The translations under genes were made by a program, and so were the position numbers. This document shows, piece by piece, positions 38,320-47,767 of a DNA stretch of 61,384 nt; within the stretch, counting starts at the first letter, position 1; each line of letters begins with the position of its first letter. The DNA is taken from positions 1 through 61,384 of IMG/VR virus record IMGVR_UViG_3300037961_004286; one strand, 5' to 3'. Origin of the DNA: a virus (lineage: Duplodnaviria > Caudoviricetes). The notes under the pieces were generated by a model. The model did not search any database and was not told where the DNA came from. It was given only the letters and a program-made list of their open reading frames with translations.

Positions 38320-38840
38320 AGTGGATAGCATTGTTCTCTCAAACAGGAACTGAAATTAGAGATCTGTCTGAAAAATTAGGCAGATCTCCTGATCTTATCT
38401 ATACTAATAATAGATCTAACGATATATGGCAAAGAGTGTTGCATGAAGTTGACTCTCAAGTACTAGTATTCAACCATATAGATATTATGAATAGAATTAA
38501 GAATTATCAAAAAGATGCTCTTATTACTTTGCATGGTTATCTTAGAATTATACCTGAAGATGTATGCAGAGAATGTAATATTGTAAACGGTCATCCAGGT
38601 CTAATTACGGAATATCCTTGGATGAAAGGTAAAGACCCTCAAGAAAAAATAGAACCTTGGATGGCATGGATTGGTTCTGTAGTTCATAAAGTAGCACCTG
38701 AAGTAGATGCTGGTCAGGTTCTTACTGAAGATAGAATAGCACTAAAGGAAGCAGAAACATTCAAGGGTAATTACTATAATATGTTAAGAATTACTAGCTT
38801 GAATGCATGGGAGAAATATTTTGAAGAGTATCAGACCTAA
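38316..38840 (+). CDS. dpdN: PurN-like formyltransferase (DpdN-like)
   Basis: FSQTG, LHGYLRI, NGHPG, G.VVH.V..EVDAG; directly after dpdA. Confidence 0.75.
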   Translation: MKWIALFSQTGTEIRDLSEKLGRSPDLIYTNNRSNDIWQRVLHEVDSQVLVFNHIDIMNRIKNYQKDALITLHGYLRIIPEDVCRECNIVNGHPGLITEYPWMKGKDPQEKIEPWMAWIGSVVHKVAPEVDAGQVLTEDRIALKEAETFKGNYYNMLRITSLNAWEKYFEEYQT

Positions 38841-39078
38841 TCACTATCGTGCTGAACGCATGGTAGAATTTGAGTGTATTAAAGTTATTGAAGCGTTGTG
38901 TGATGATCATCAGAATGATGTATATACTGACTATAATCGTTATCAGGCGTTTAAGTATCTATGGCGTCTAGGTAAGAAAGATGATGTATTGCAAGAGTTG
39001 TATAAAGCAGCTACGTTTATTAATTTTGCTATTGAGAAACTAGAGAAGGATAGAGGCATTGCAAATGAACAAGATTGA
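38821..39078 (+). CDS. DUF3310 (T7 gp1.7-like nucleotide kinase family) protein
   Basis: PNHY, ECI..IE, FKYLWR.GKK, L.KA. Confidence 0.75.
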   Translation: MKSIRPNHYRAERMVEFECIKVIEALCDDHQNDVYTDYNRYQAFKYLWRLGKKDDVLQELYKAATFINFAIEKLEKDRGIANEQD

Positions 39079-39979
39079 AGATATTGCTAGTCAGCATTTA
39101 GGACGTACTTCTGACGGAGGTACTATGACTCGTTATGAAACTCCGGATGCTGTAGATAGCAGCTTACTGGTAGGTATACCTCGTCATTTGAATAGAGAGG
39201 CTTATGAGATTACAGATAAAGACTTTATCGGGAGTGATACTTGGCATGCTTATGAAGTGTCTTTTCTTCTATCAAGCGGATATCCGGTATCTGGTGTAGT
39301 AAAGTATGTTTATGAATCTGATACTCCTAATATTGTAGAGTCTAAATCGATTAAGCTATATCTTAACTCTTATAATATGGCTGTAATGGGTAATGATATA
39401 AAGACAGCTACTCAGAAAGCTATTGAGATGATGGAAAGAGATCTTACTCAATGTATTGGTGGTAGAGTACAAGCACAGTTTCATAGTAAAGCATTTGGAG
39501 ATCCTGTTTCTGAATCATATATTAAGCTAGAAGATGTCGTAGATGTATCTGAAGTATCGTTTGATAGATATAATGAAGATCCTGATATTTTAGAAATCAT
39601 AGAAGTAGAAGATAGAGAGGTTACTAAGTATACTACCAATGCTCTTCGTTCTAACTGTCGTGTAACTAACCAACCCGACTGGGGTGATATCTATATCTAT
39701 ATAGAGGGTGATAGTACTGTTACTCCTGAATCGTTACTGCAGTATATTGTTAGTATGAGAAGAGAGAATCATTTTCACGAAGAAATTTGTGAATGTGTAA
39801 TTAAACGACTAATGGTACTTATGCCTAAATGTGATATTGCAGTAGCTTGTCTCTATACTCGTAGAGGTGGGATTGATATTAATCCAGTTAGAGGTACAGG
39901 ACCTTTAGCTCTTATGAGATCTGGCTTTAGTGATCTACAAAGTGTAGAACAAGCTCCTATGAAGACTGCGAGACAGTAA
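39065..39979 (+). CDS. queF: NADPH-dependent preQ0 reductase, bimodular type
   Basis: YEVSFL, VESKSIKLYLNS, LRSNCRVTNQPDWG, FHEE, YTRRGGIDINP. Confidence 0.93.
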   Translation: MNKIEDIASQHLGRTSDGGTMTRYETPDAVDSSLLVGIPRHLNREAYEITDKDFIGSDTWHAYEVSFLLSSGYPVSGVVKYVYESDTPNIVESKSIKLYLNSYNMAVMGNDIKTATQKAIEMMERDLTQCIGGRVQAQFHSKAFGDPVSESYIKLEDVVDVSEVSFDRYNEDPDILEIIEVEDREVTKYTTNALRSNCRVTNQPDWGDIYIYIEGDSTVTPESLLQYIVSMRRENHFHEEICECVIKRLMVLMPKCDIAVACLYTRRGGIDINPVRGTGPLALMRSGFSDLQSVEQAPMKTARQ

Positions 39980-40782
39980 TGATGCAAGAAAGACATACAG
40001 CATATATTAAGAGGAGATTTGCTCAGATGGAAAAACTAGATCAAATGATGGGTAGATTACCTATTACAGATAAAAAAGTTATTGTAACTCATAGTGGTGG
40101 TATGGATAGTGCTACTGCAGTTATTCTATGTGCTAAGATGTATGGTGCCGAAAATGTTATCTCTCTAGGATATTTCTACGGTCAGAAGCAGAGTGTAGAA
40201 TTAGACTATGCAGAGCGTTTATGCGCAGAGTTAGGGGTAACTAGACAGGTTATAGATCTAGGTATCTTAGGTCATATTGTAAAAAATGTATCAGCTAATA
40301 TTGCAGGTACAGATGTAGAGATGCCTACTATAAAAGATATTCTAGGTAATCCTCAACCTCCTACTTATGTGCCTTATCGTAATATGATTATGTTTTCGCT
40401 TACTGCTGCTTTTGCTGAAGCTAATGCTGCTTCTCATATTGTATGTGGTTTGCAAGTACATGATGAGTATAGTTATTGGGATACTACTCAGAAGTTTGTA
40501 GATGGATTGAATAATATCTACGATCAGAATAGATCTTGGCCTCTTACTTTGATTGCTCCTTTTGCTGATCTGTCTAAGACAGAAGAGATTAGTTTGCTAG
40601 AAGAGATGGATAGTACACATTTACTTAAGCATACTCTAACATGCTATGATCCTATTACTAAGGATGGTCATGGTATTGCTTGTGGTAAGTGTCCTTCTTG
40701 TTCAGAACGCATTCAAGCGTTTATGAATAAAGGTATGAAAGATCCTATTGAGTATGCTATCGATATTCCATGGAGTAACTAA
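39979..40782 (+). CDS. queC: 7-cyano-7-deazaguanine synthase
   Basis: SGGMDS, YGQK, TYVPYRN, TCY, CGKCPSC. Confidence 0.95.
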   Translation: MMQERHTAYIKRRFAQMEKLDQMMGRLPITDKKVIVTHSGGMDSATAVILCAKMYGAENVISLGYFYGQKQSVELDYAERLCAELGVTRQVIDLGILGHIVKNVSANIAGTDVEMPTIKDILGNPQPPTYVPYRNMIMFSLTAAFAEANAASHIVCGLQVHDEYSYWDTTQKFVDGLNNIYDQNRSWPLTLIAPFADLSKTEEISLLEEMDSTHLLKHTLTCYDPITKDGHGIACGKCPSCSERIQAFMNKGMKDPIEYAIDIPWSN

Positions 40783-41405
40783 TGTGTGCTATCTTTGGTT
40801 CATGGGATAAAGATAAGTTTTATGAGCTAGCTAAACTTAATAGTTATAGAGGTTCTCATAGTTATTCTATAGCTTATTATGATAGAAAGAAAGTAGCTCT
40901 TCTTACTCAGGGGTTTGGTGAATTTCCAGAAGTAGATCTAGATAAAAATTATTATTATATAGGTCATGTACAAGCTCCTACTACTGATAGTAAAGATGAA
41001 TCGTCTATTCATCCTGCTAATGATATGGGAGACTATCTATGGCATAACGGTATAATAAAAGATTATCAAATAAAAGTATGGCAGAATGCTTGGGATAAAG
41101 ATTGGACCTGGGATACTAAATGGTTATTGCATCTTATCAATGCAGGAGACATAGAAGGTACTCTATCTGAAGCTGATGGGTCCTTTGCTTGTTTATGGTA
41201 TGGTAAATATAATCCTTCCATTTATCTCTTTAGAAACGATAACTGTCCTATGTTTATTAACGGTCATGACTTCTCTTCTACTAAGTTTAATGGCGCAGAA
41301 AGTATAGAAAGCGGTCAGTTCTATTCTTATAATATGAAAGACGGGTGGGTAAAAGATAGAAGAACTTTTAAGACGAAAAATAAATTTTATTGGAGTGCTG
41401 GATGA
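40782..41405 (+). CDS. Class II (Ntn) glutamine amidotransferase
   Basis: MCAIFG, YRG, GH.QAPT, HP, LWHNG.I, DT; TAATG-coupled to queC. Confidence 0.85.
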   Translation: MCAIFGSWDKDKFYELAKLNSYRGSHSYSIAYYDRKKVALLTQGFGEFPEVDLDKNYYYIGHVQAPTTDSKDESSIHPANDMGDYLWHNGIIKDYQIKVWQNAWDKDWTWDTKWLLHLINAGDIEGTLSEADGSFACLWYGKYNPSIYLFRNDNCPMFINGHDFSSTKFNGAESIESGQFYSYNMKDGWVKDRRTFKTKNKFYWSAG

Positions 41406-41553
41406 AAGATAGAATTAAGAAATACTACTGGGCATTTCGTCAGTGGTGGTTTGAACATGATAGTATAGAGTTAGTATTATTTGCTAGTATATTTGGTTTT
41501 ACAGGCTGGATGGCTTATCATGCTATATTAGGTATTATAGGGAGATTTAGTTA

Positions 41554-41910
41554 ATGAGTAATTTTACTAGAATAAAAGATTGGTCTGATGAAAGACTAAT
41601 CACGTTTAACGAACCTGATCGAAATGGTTTTATCGCTATGATTGTAGAAGAGTGCGGTGAGTTCTTAGAAGCTAAGGATAATATAGATGGCAGAATAGAT
41701 GCTATGGCTGATATGATTGTCTTCTGCTATGGTGAGATGGCTAAGTATGGTTATGATGGTGACAAAGTTATGGATGAGGTAATAAAAGAGATATCTTCTC
41801 GTACTGGTGCATATGACCCAGCTACTAAAAAATGGCAGAAAGATAAGTCAGATGAAGCTATGGCTAAGTGGTATCAAGCAGACTTTAGTAAGTGCAAATT
41901 GGATGAATGA
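41554..41910 (+). CDS. All-alpha NTP pyrophosphohydrolase (MazG/dUTPase-like)
   Basis: EECGE...DAMAD motif. Confidence 0.7.
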   Translation: MSNFTRIKDWSDERLITFNEPDRNGFIAMIVEECGEFLEAKDNIDGRIDAMADMIVFCYGEMAKYGYDGDKVMDEVIKEISSRTGAYDPATKKWQKDKSDEAMAKWYQADFSKCKLDE

Positions 41911-42172
41911 TAATCTAGATAAACAGCAGCAGCTTATGGTTATTACTATGGAAGAGTGTGCTGAGTTACAGGTAGCTTGCAGTAAGATACTTCGACAAGG
42001 AACTAAAGTAACTGAAGAAAAACTTAAAGAATTAACAGAAGAGCTTGGAGATGTTTATTGCATGATTCAACTTATGCATGAACATGGATTTGTTGAGTCT
42101 AAAGATCTTAATGAAAGAGTACAAGTCAAAAAACAAAAACTAGAGAAATGGAGTGATCTAGTTGGACGGTAG
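41903..42172 (+). CDS. MazG-like NTP pyrophosphohydrolase
   Basis: MEECAEL..ACSK...EELGDV. Confidence 0.75.
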   Translation: MNDNLDKQQQLMVITMEECAELQVACSKILRQGTKVTEEKLKELTEELGDVYCMIQLMHEHGFVESKDLNERVQVKKQKLEKWSDLVGR

Positions 42173-42770
42173 ATATATTCAAGTTTATGAAAATACATTA
42201 GACCCTGAGTTCTGTAAAGAGCTAATAGATATGTTTGAGTCTAACACTCAGCTTTATAACAAAGTTGACAAAGCTGCTGTAGCAGGAGAAAAGACTTACT
42301 TTAATCAAATTAATATTACAGAAAATATGAACGACATTCAATCGTTTAAGAGTTATCATAATAAACTTGTAAGCGTTGGAAGAAAAATTGTAAGTGATTA
42401 TATTAACATATTACCATCTCCTGTATACCCTACAAACTATACAAATACCTGGGAAAATTTTAGAATGAAGAGATATATGCCAGGAGGTTATGAAGGTTTT
42501 GGATTACATGGAGATGCTACTCATACAGGAACTATTAGTAGATGGTTAGCATTCTTCTGGTATCTAAATGACGTAGAAGAAGGAGGAACTACTACTTTTT
42601 TATATCATGAAGACGAAGTTATAGGATCTGTAGAAGCTAAACAAGGAAGATGTTTGGTATTTCCTCCGTTATGGACTTATCCTCACAAGGGCGATCCTCC
42701 CATGTCAGGACCAAAATATATAGTAGGATCATATTTACACATTGTAGGAGATGAAGATGGGAAAATCTAG
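42162..42770 (+). CDS. 2OG-Fe(II) oxygenase
   Basis: HGD, YLNDVEEGG.T.F, FPP.WTYPH, KYI. Confidence 0.88.
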   Translation: MDGRYIQVYENTLDPEFCKELIDMFESNTQLYNKVDKAAVAGEKTYFNQINITENMNDIQSFKSYHNKLVSVGRKIVSDYINILPSPVYPTNYTNTWENFRMKRYMPGGYEGFGLHGDATHTGTISRWLAFFWYLNDVEEGGTTTFLYHEDEVIGSVEAKQGRCLVFPPLWTYPHKGDPPMSGPKYIVGSYLHIVGDEDGKI

Positions 42771-43493
42771 ATTTAGTTCTGATGAAGCTAAGATGGTAGG
42801 TACTGTATCTAATAAGCTGAAAGCTATGTCTGATAAGGAGAGACTCAAGAGACGTAGATTAAGACTTGAGCAAATGACTGAAGGTGAAAAGAAAATTATG
42901 CAAAAGTATGGTAAGAGCTGGGATACAGAATATAGAAGTACATTTTATGATTAGAGAAAGTTTGTAATGAGACTAAAAAAAGATCAAAAATTAGTAGAAT
43001 TTAACTATAATAGAAATGAGAGTTCTGCTACAGTAACATATTGGTATAATGGTGCCTACAAAGACCCTTCATATATTAAGCATGTTAGTCTTGAAGAAGC
43101 TAACTCTCGTTATGATCAATTAGTTAAAGAAGGTTATAAAAATGCTATATAAAATTAGAAGCTGGCTTGGAAATGAGATTCATTTTAAGCTTTCTGATTG
43201 GGAAGTTAGTAAGGAAATCTCTACTCTTATTGTTACTATGATGGTATCATTTGCATCATCATTTTTTGTAGATAAGACTGCAGTAGTTATTCTTACTATG
43301 ACAACTTATATTGGTCTCAGATATTTGCAGAGAGGAGCTCATCATGCTTAGTAGAAGAATTAAGGCTTTGCTTGCTTGGAAAGAAATAGCAGACGAACAA
43401 GGTAATAAATGGGCTTCTGACTTAGCTCATAAAAATATTATCTTACTACAGAAAAAACTTATTAGTGAAGAGAATAATACTAGTATACTATGA
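42757..43493 (+). CDS. Run of four small hypothetical ORFs (42757-42954, 42967-43152, 43142-43351, 43344-43493)
   Basis: Tightly packed ORFs with overlaps or RBSs. Confidence 0.55.
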
Positions 43494-43924
43494 GCTACTT
43501 AGATACTATACAGATAATAAATGATATAGCGTTAGAAGTAAGAAACTTTGAACGCAGCAAAGACAATACTAAATGGAAATGGTCTTGTCTTGTCTGTGGT
43601 GATTCGAAGAAAGATCTAAGAAAGGCTAGATTCGGTGTCGCAAGAAAGCAAAATGAGTTTGTTTGTCATTGCTTTAATTGTGGCTATAGCAGTCATTTTA
43701 CTTCCTACTTACGTGAGTATCATCCTAGTCTATGGTCTAAGCTTTCTGTGTCTCGGATAAAAACTGAGATGCCTTCTCTGTATAGTCAAGATGACATCAT
43801 ACAAAAGTTACCACCAGAGATACTCAAGCATATATTTTATAACGGTGATATAGAAAAACTAAAGCAAATCAAGTTAAATATATCAAAGAGTAGTCAAGAG
43901 AAATTGAGAAAAGCGTTTGTATAG
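43490..43924 (+). CDS. Stand-alone gp61-type primase zinc-binding domain protein
   Basis: CLVCGDSKKDLRKAR...HCFNCG...YLRE matches the T4 gp61 N-terminal pattern. Confidence 0.75.
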   Translation: MSYLDTIQIINDIALEVRNFERSKDNTKWKWSCLVCGDSKKDLRKARFGVARKQNEFVCHCFNCGYSSHFTSYLREYHPSLWSKLSVSRIKTEMPSLYSQDDIIQKLPPEILKHIFYNGDIEKLKQIKLNISKSSQEKLRKAFV

Positions 43925-44591
43925 TATATCCCGCGATGAGTTATTCGAAGCTCTAGAATGCAGTCAAAATATTATTGTAAGTGAAGTTAAAGTAGATCCT
44001 ATCAAGTACTATGTAGTTGATAACGTCTTCAAAAATCCAGATAAGGCTGTAGCTGTACTAAAGAACTGGCCTGTTATTACTCCTCCTTCTTATACCTATA
44101 CACCTGGAGGCAGACAATATTTTACTCCTATGGATCTTAAACCGTTAATGCTGTTCTATTCTGATGTAGCTAACTATATTACTAATAAGAATTTTAACCC
44201 TATCAATTTTATCACGTCATCAAACGTAGTACCGCCAGAACCAGATGTATGGGAAGGTTCTTGGCATCCTCATACAGATCATGATATGGTCTTTAACTTA
44301 TGGTTATGTGATTGGACAGAAGGAACAGGTTTATTTACTTACAAAGATTGCTATGCTGATAGAGATTATGATGGTACTCCTGATCAGAAAGTCAATCATG
44401 ATAAGATAGTCAAATGGCGTAACCCAGGAACATATGAAAATGATTATAAACATTATCATACTATTCCTTGCAAATATAACTCAGTAGCTATCTATGATGG
44501 TAAATTATTTCATGGTACTATTATGGGTGAAGGAACAGGAGACAGATATTCTCTGATATCATTTTATCATCAGGAGCAAAGCTATGCTTAA
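43917..44591 (+). CDS. 2OG-Fe(II) oxygenase-like protein
   Basis: VVDNVFKNPD, PHTD, GTGL, YN...YDG.LFH, R. Confidence 0.7.
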   Translation: MYSISRDELFEALECSQNIIVSEVKVDPIKYYVVDNVFKNPDKAVAVLKNWPVITPPSYTYTPGGRQYFTPMDLKPLMLFYSDVANYITNKNFNPINFITSSNVVPPEPDVWEGSWHPHTDHDMVFNLWLCDWTEGTGLFTYKDCYADRDYDGTPDQKVNHDKIVKWRNPGTYENDYKHYHTIPCKYNSVAIYDGKLFHGTIMGEGTGDRYSLISFYHQEQSYA

Positions 44592-45270
44592 AGGACTACC
44601 ATATGAGAGACAAAAATTTAGTCAGAATGGCGAAGATGGAATATTAGAATATCTTATTCAGTTTACAAACAAGAAGTCATTTCTTGAGATAGGCTGGGGA
44701 AACGGAACGGTAAATAACTGTAGAAATCTACACGAGAGACATGGATTCTCTGGTACAGGAATAGATAGTTTACCTCAGAAGCATGCTCAGAAGCATTCAA
44801 GAGTACAGTTTGTGCGTAAGCATCTTACTATTGATGATGCTGAGTTCTGTACAAAGTTAGAAGGATTAAGTCCTGCTGTATTCTCTATAGATATCGATAG
44901 CATAGATTTTCATTTACTAAGAGCAATGTTAGAGCTTAAATTTAGACCAGATATTATTGTGCATGAATATCAATCTATATGGCCTATAGAATACTCTAAA
45001 GTAAGAAAACTCGATGCTAGCTTTGAAAGAACTTTCAACTATGGTGCATCTCTCTCGGCTTACAAAAAATTATTGACTAAACACTATTATACATTTGTAA
45101 CATGCGACAGTATGGGAGTAAACGCCTTTTGGATAAGAGATGGTATCCCATTCGATATGCCAGAACAACGGCATGAATATGTGAGATTGAATAAGAAATA
45201 CAAGGCAGGCAAATACCCATGGACATATTATCTGCCTAAAATAGATAACGGATGGGAAGACTATGAATAA
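44584..45270 (+). CDS. FkbM-like SAM methyltransferase
   Basis: SQNGEDGI, FLEIG.G.G, SIDIDS.D, GASL.A, GVNAF. Confidence 0.75.
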   Translation: MLKGLPYERQKFSQNGEDGILEYLIQFTNKKSFLEIGWGNGTVNNCRNLHERHGFSGTGIDSLPQKHAQKHSRVQFVRKHLTIDDAEFCTKLEGLSPAVFSIDIDSIDFHLLRAMLELKFRPDIIVHEYQSIWPIEYSKVRKLDASFERTFNYGASLSAYKKLLTKHYYTFVTCDSMGVNAFWIRDGIPFDMPEQRHEYVRLNKKYKAGKYPWTYYLPKIDNGWEDYE

Positions 45271-45676
45271 TGATCTGTTCAGAATATACGTAATCACTCT
45301 AAAGAAAGACAACGATTATGTTCTGAAAGTAGGCATAACGTCTAAGACAATCGACGAGAGAGTAAAAAGAAAACATCTCGCAGGATTTCATAACGGTTTA
45401 CCAATGACGAAATGGTTCGAAGGCTATAAGGTGGAATTCGATAGTGGTAAGCTATTTGATAGACATACAGCACAAACCATAGAGCAAAAGGTATTATCTA
45501 AGTATCCTAGAGATTATTATACACCATATGGCAAATGGAATATGGTAGATGGCATTACGGAAACACGTAGATATACCGTAGAACGCAAGGAAACCATTAT
45601 TAACACATTAAAAACGTTAATAAAAACATACGGTAGCGGTGGGAATACTATAGAGACTATTGTCGAAAATGTGTAA
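45263..45676 (+). CDS. GIY-YIG/T5orf172-like nuclease
   Basis: IYVI...LKVGIT...ER, E, DG.TE. Confidence 0.6.
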   Translation: MNNDLFRIYVITLKKDNDYVLKVGITSKTIDERVKRKHLAGFHNGLPMTKWFEGYKVEFDSGKLFDRHTAQTIEQKVLSKYPRDYYTPYGKWNMVDGITETRRYTVERKETIINTLKTLIKTYGSGGNTIETIVENV

Positions 45677-45780
45677 GAGACATAGGATAGCCCTTGGAGA
45701 AACGTTCGGAGACAAGTGGACCTTAGTTTGCGGTCACTGAGATATTCTGAGAAAACACTGTGTGTTACAAAAAAAGTTCA

Positions 45781-45882
45781 AAAAAATTCTAAGTCATTGT
45801 AATCATTGACTTTTCGGGGCCCTTTTTTAGTTGCACTTTCAATAGAATGAGTATACAATAGTATTATAATAAGAAATCAGGA
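45781..45882 (+). promoter_or_regulatory. Stem-loop plus sigma70 early promoter cassette, copy 2
   Basis: aagtca...tgactt IR; gcccttttttagTTGCAC(45831)-17-TACAAT(45854). Confidence 0.8.
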
Positions 45883-45892
45883 GATTTTAGAA

Positions 45893-46051
45893 ATGAATAA
45901 CCCAATTTTGCCAAACCTTGTTTTAGAAGTTATGGGTCCTACTAAGAATGCTGTAGAGGGTATCGAGGCTATTATGCGGGTATTCAAGGTAGATGAGAAG
46001 ACTGCTACTGAGCTTCTCGATGCTGCAATTGCTTATGCTACAGGAGAGTAA
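45893..46051 (+). CDS. 52-aa early protein (not in ORF track)
   Basis: AGGAG RBS, first ORF after early promoter. Confidence 0.6.
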   Translation: MNNPILPNLVLEVMGPTKNAVEGIEAIMRVFKVDEKTATELLDAAIAYATGE

Positions 46052-46052
46052 T

Positions 46053-46247
46053 ATGAAAAGATTTACTTTAACCACTTATGATGCTGATGGTAACCCGATG
46101 ATCGAGACTGTTCGTCATTCTAGAAAAGCTATCACGTTTGCTGCATTGATGGAATGTATTAGAGATCCTGAGGAGTTGGGTGGTGAGGTTGTCGCTTATA
46201 CGATCAAGCCTGAGGGCGAGGAAGAGGAGCATTATTGGAATGTCTAG
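46053..46247 (+). CDS. Hypothetical early protein
   Basis: AGGAG RBS before MKRFTL. Confidence 0.6.
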   Translation: MKRFTLTTYDADGNPMIETVRHSRKAITFAALMECIRDPEELGGEVVAYTIKPEGEEEEHYWNV

Positions 46248-46378
46248 GTATGATTGGGAACAGCTTGGTGCTGGTTTAGTGTTTATTGTTATTTGTTGTG
46301 CATTACCTATTTTATTGGTTTGGTAGTTGCAATCTGTGGTAAGAAGCCACATATGTATATTATGAGGAGATATTTGTT

Positions 46379-46909
46379 ATGAAGAAAACTTTCAAGATTA
46401 AGCATAAGGAATTTGCTGAAAACCCCACTAGTGTAGATCAGGCAGTACGTCAGTGTACGCGTATGGTCCATAAGCTGGCGAAAAAATGGACTCGTAACCA
46501 TTATAATGAATATAACGATATAGTTCAGCAAGGCTTTATGGGTGTGGTAGAAGCATGGAATAGATTCGAAGGTACTAAGTATCAGAAAAAAGGATATAAG
46601 TTCTCTACATATGCATGGCTATGGATACGTGCATATATGAAGACGTATGCAGAGACTAACTGGAAGAGACTTAATAATACTACGCCTCTAGATCTACATG
46701 AGTTTAGATTAGAGACGTATGATATAGATGAGTCAGCTATCTTCTTAGAGGCAGAGATATCTAAGTTTATGCCAGAGGATAGAAAGATCTTCGATATGCG
46801 TAAGGAAGGATATACGTTTGACGAGATAGCAGAGCAGACGTCTTTTAAGAACTTGCATAAGGTCCGTAATAGGTATTTAGAGCTAGTAGAAAAAATACAA
46901 GCAGCTTAA
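46379..46909 (+). CDS. Phage RNA polymerase sigma-70 family factor (regions 2 and 4)
   Basis: MVHKLAKK..DIVQQGFMGVVEA..RF...KFSTYA..WIR; C-terminal GYTFDEIAE HTH. Confidence 0.85.
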   Translation: MKKTFKIKHKEFAENPTSVDQAVRQCTRMVHKLAKKWTRNHYNEYNDIVQQGFMGVVEAWNRFEGTKYQKKGYKFSTYAWLWIRAYMKTYAETNWKRLNNTTPLDLHEFRLETYDIDESAIFLEAEISKFMPEDRKIFDMRKEGYTFDEIAEQTSFKNLHKVRNRYLELVEKIQAA

Positions 46910-46917
46910 AAAAACAG

Positions 46918-46946
46918 TTGCACTTTGTAAAAAAATAGTATATAAT
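46918..46946 (+). promoter_or_regulatory. Sigma70 promoter preceding GC-rich non-coding element
   Basis: TTGCAC-17-TATAAT with upstream A-tract. Confidence 0.8.
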
Positions 46947-47085
46947 GCCCCAGGGGGTAGTGTTTTGCCCCCGTACTGGGTCGTACTATGTCCGCGCTAA
47001 GTCGCTAAATAATTTTTTTCCGCGCGCTGCCTGCCACTATATAATGCCTGCCACGGAAATTTTTTCGCGCGCGTACTATAATGAT
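46947..47085. repeat. GC-rich structured intergenic element with direct repeats
   Basis: ggggtag/ttgcccc hairpin; tgcctgccac twice; aatttttt..cgcgcg..tataatg twice. Confidence 0.6.
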
Positions 47086-47102
47086 AATGAGGATGAGACT
47101 AT

Positions 47103-47273
47103 ATGAAAAGAGTTTGGAATATCTGGTGTAAGACCATAGGCAGTAAGATAACGGAAGATAACTGTGAGAATGACATTGCAGCTATTATTCGTACGGTGTG
47201 GGTTGTTACTCATATGGTAGCATGTTTTTTTATTATTATTCACAATGGAAGTAAAATGGGTTGGTGGTTATGA
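47103..47273 (+). CDS. 56-aa membrane protein (not in ORF track)
   Basis: GAGGA RBS; WNIWCKTIGSK..D.AAIIRT motif. Confidence 0.65.
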   Translation: MKRVWNIWCKTIGSKITEDNCENDIAAIIRTVWVVTHMVACFFIIIHNGSKMGWWL

Positions 47274-47742
47274 TTGAGTTGGTTATTGGATTGATTGCTG
47301 GTTCTTCTTTAATGTATCATAATAACGAGTTTATTGATACTGTAAAAGAGCAGAGAGAAGATGGTTATGTATGGGTATTAAATCCTAAGGATGCAGATGA
47401 AAATTTACCTAACATAACTATAAAAGAGAAAGATGGTAGCGAACGAGTATTGTGGGTCTTAGATAAGCCTGCAGAGTTACAAGGAAGAGATCAATGAATA
47501 TTGGAGATAAGATAGTTCTAAAAGGTAAGAGTAGACATGGTAAGAATCGTATCAATCAGTTTGGTAATAGATTCACAATCGTAGATATCCGTAGTCAGAT
47601 CAATACTACGGCTCATAGAGGACGTATAGGACCGTTTGCGTTTCTTAATGCGGATCAACCTCATCTTATGAACGGATCTAGATGGATTAGCTTATTTGAC
47701 GACCCTGACTTCGAAGTACATTATAAAGAAGAAATTGGTTAA
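47270..47742 (+). CDS. Two hypothetical ORFs (47270-47497, 47494-47742)
   Basis: ATGA overlaps; LKGKSRHGKNRI motif in the second. Confidence 0.6.
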
Positions 47743-47767
47743 CCGAGAATAGTTCTTTCTACCGAGA

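Noticed and set aside
38316-38840. PurN as a purine-biosynthesis auxiliary gene
   Set aside because: No other pur genes in the window; overlap with dpdA and presence of queF fit a preQ1 formyltransferase better
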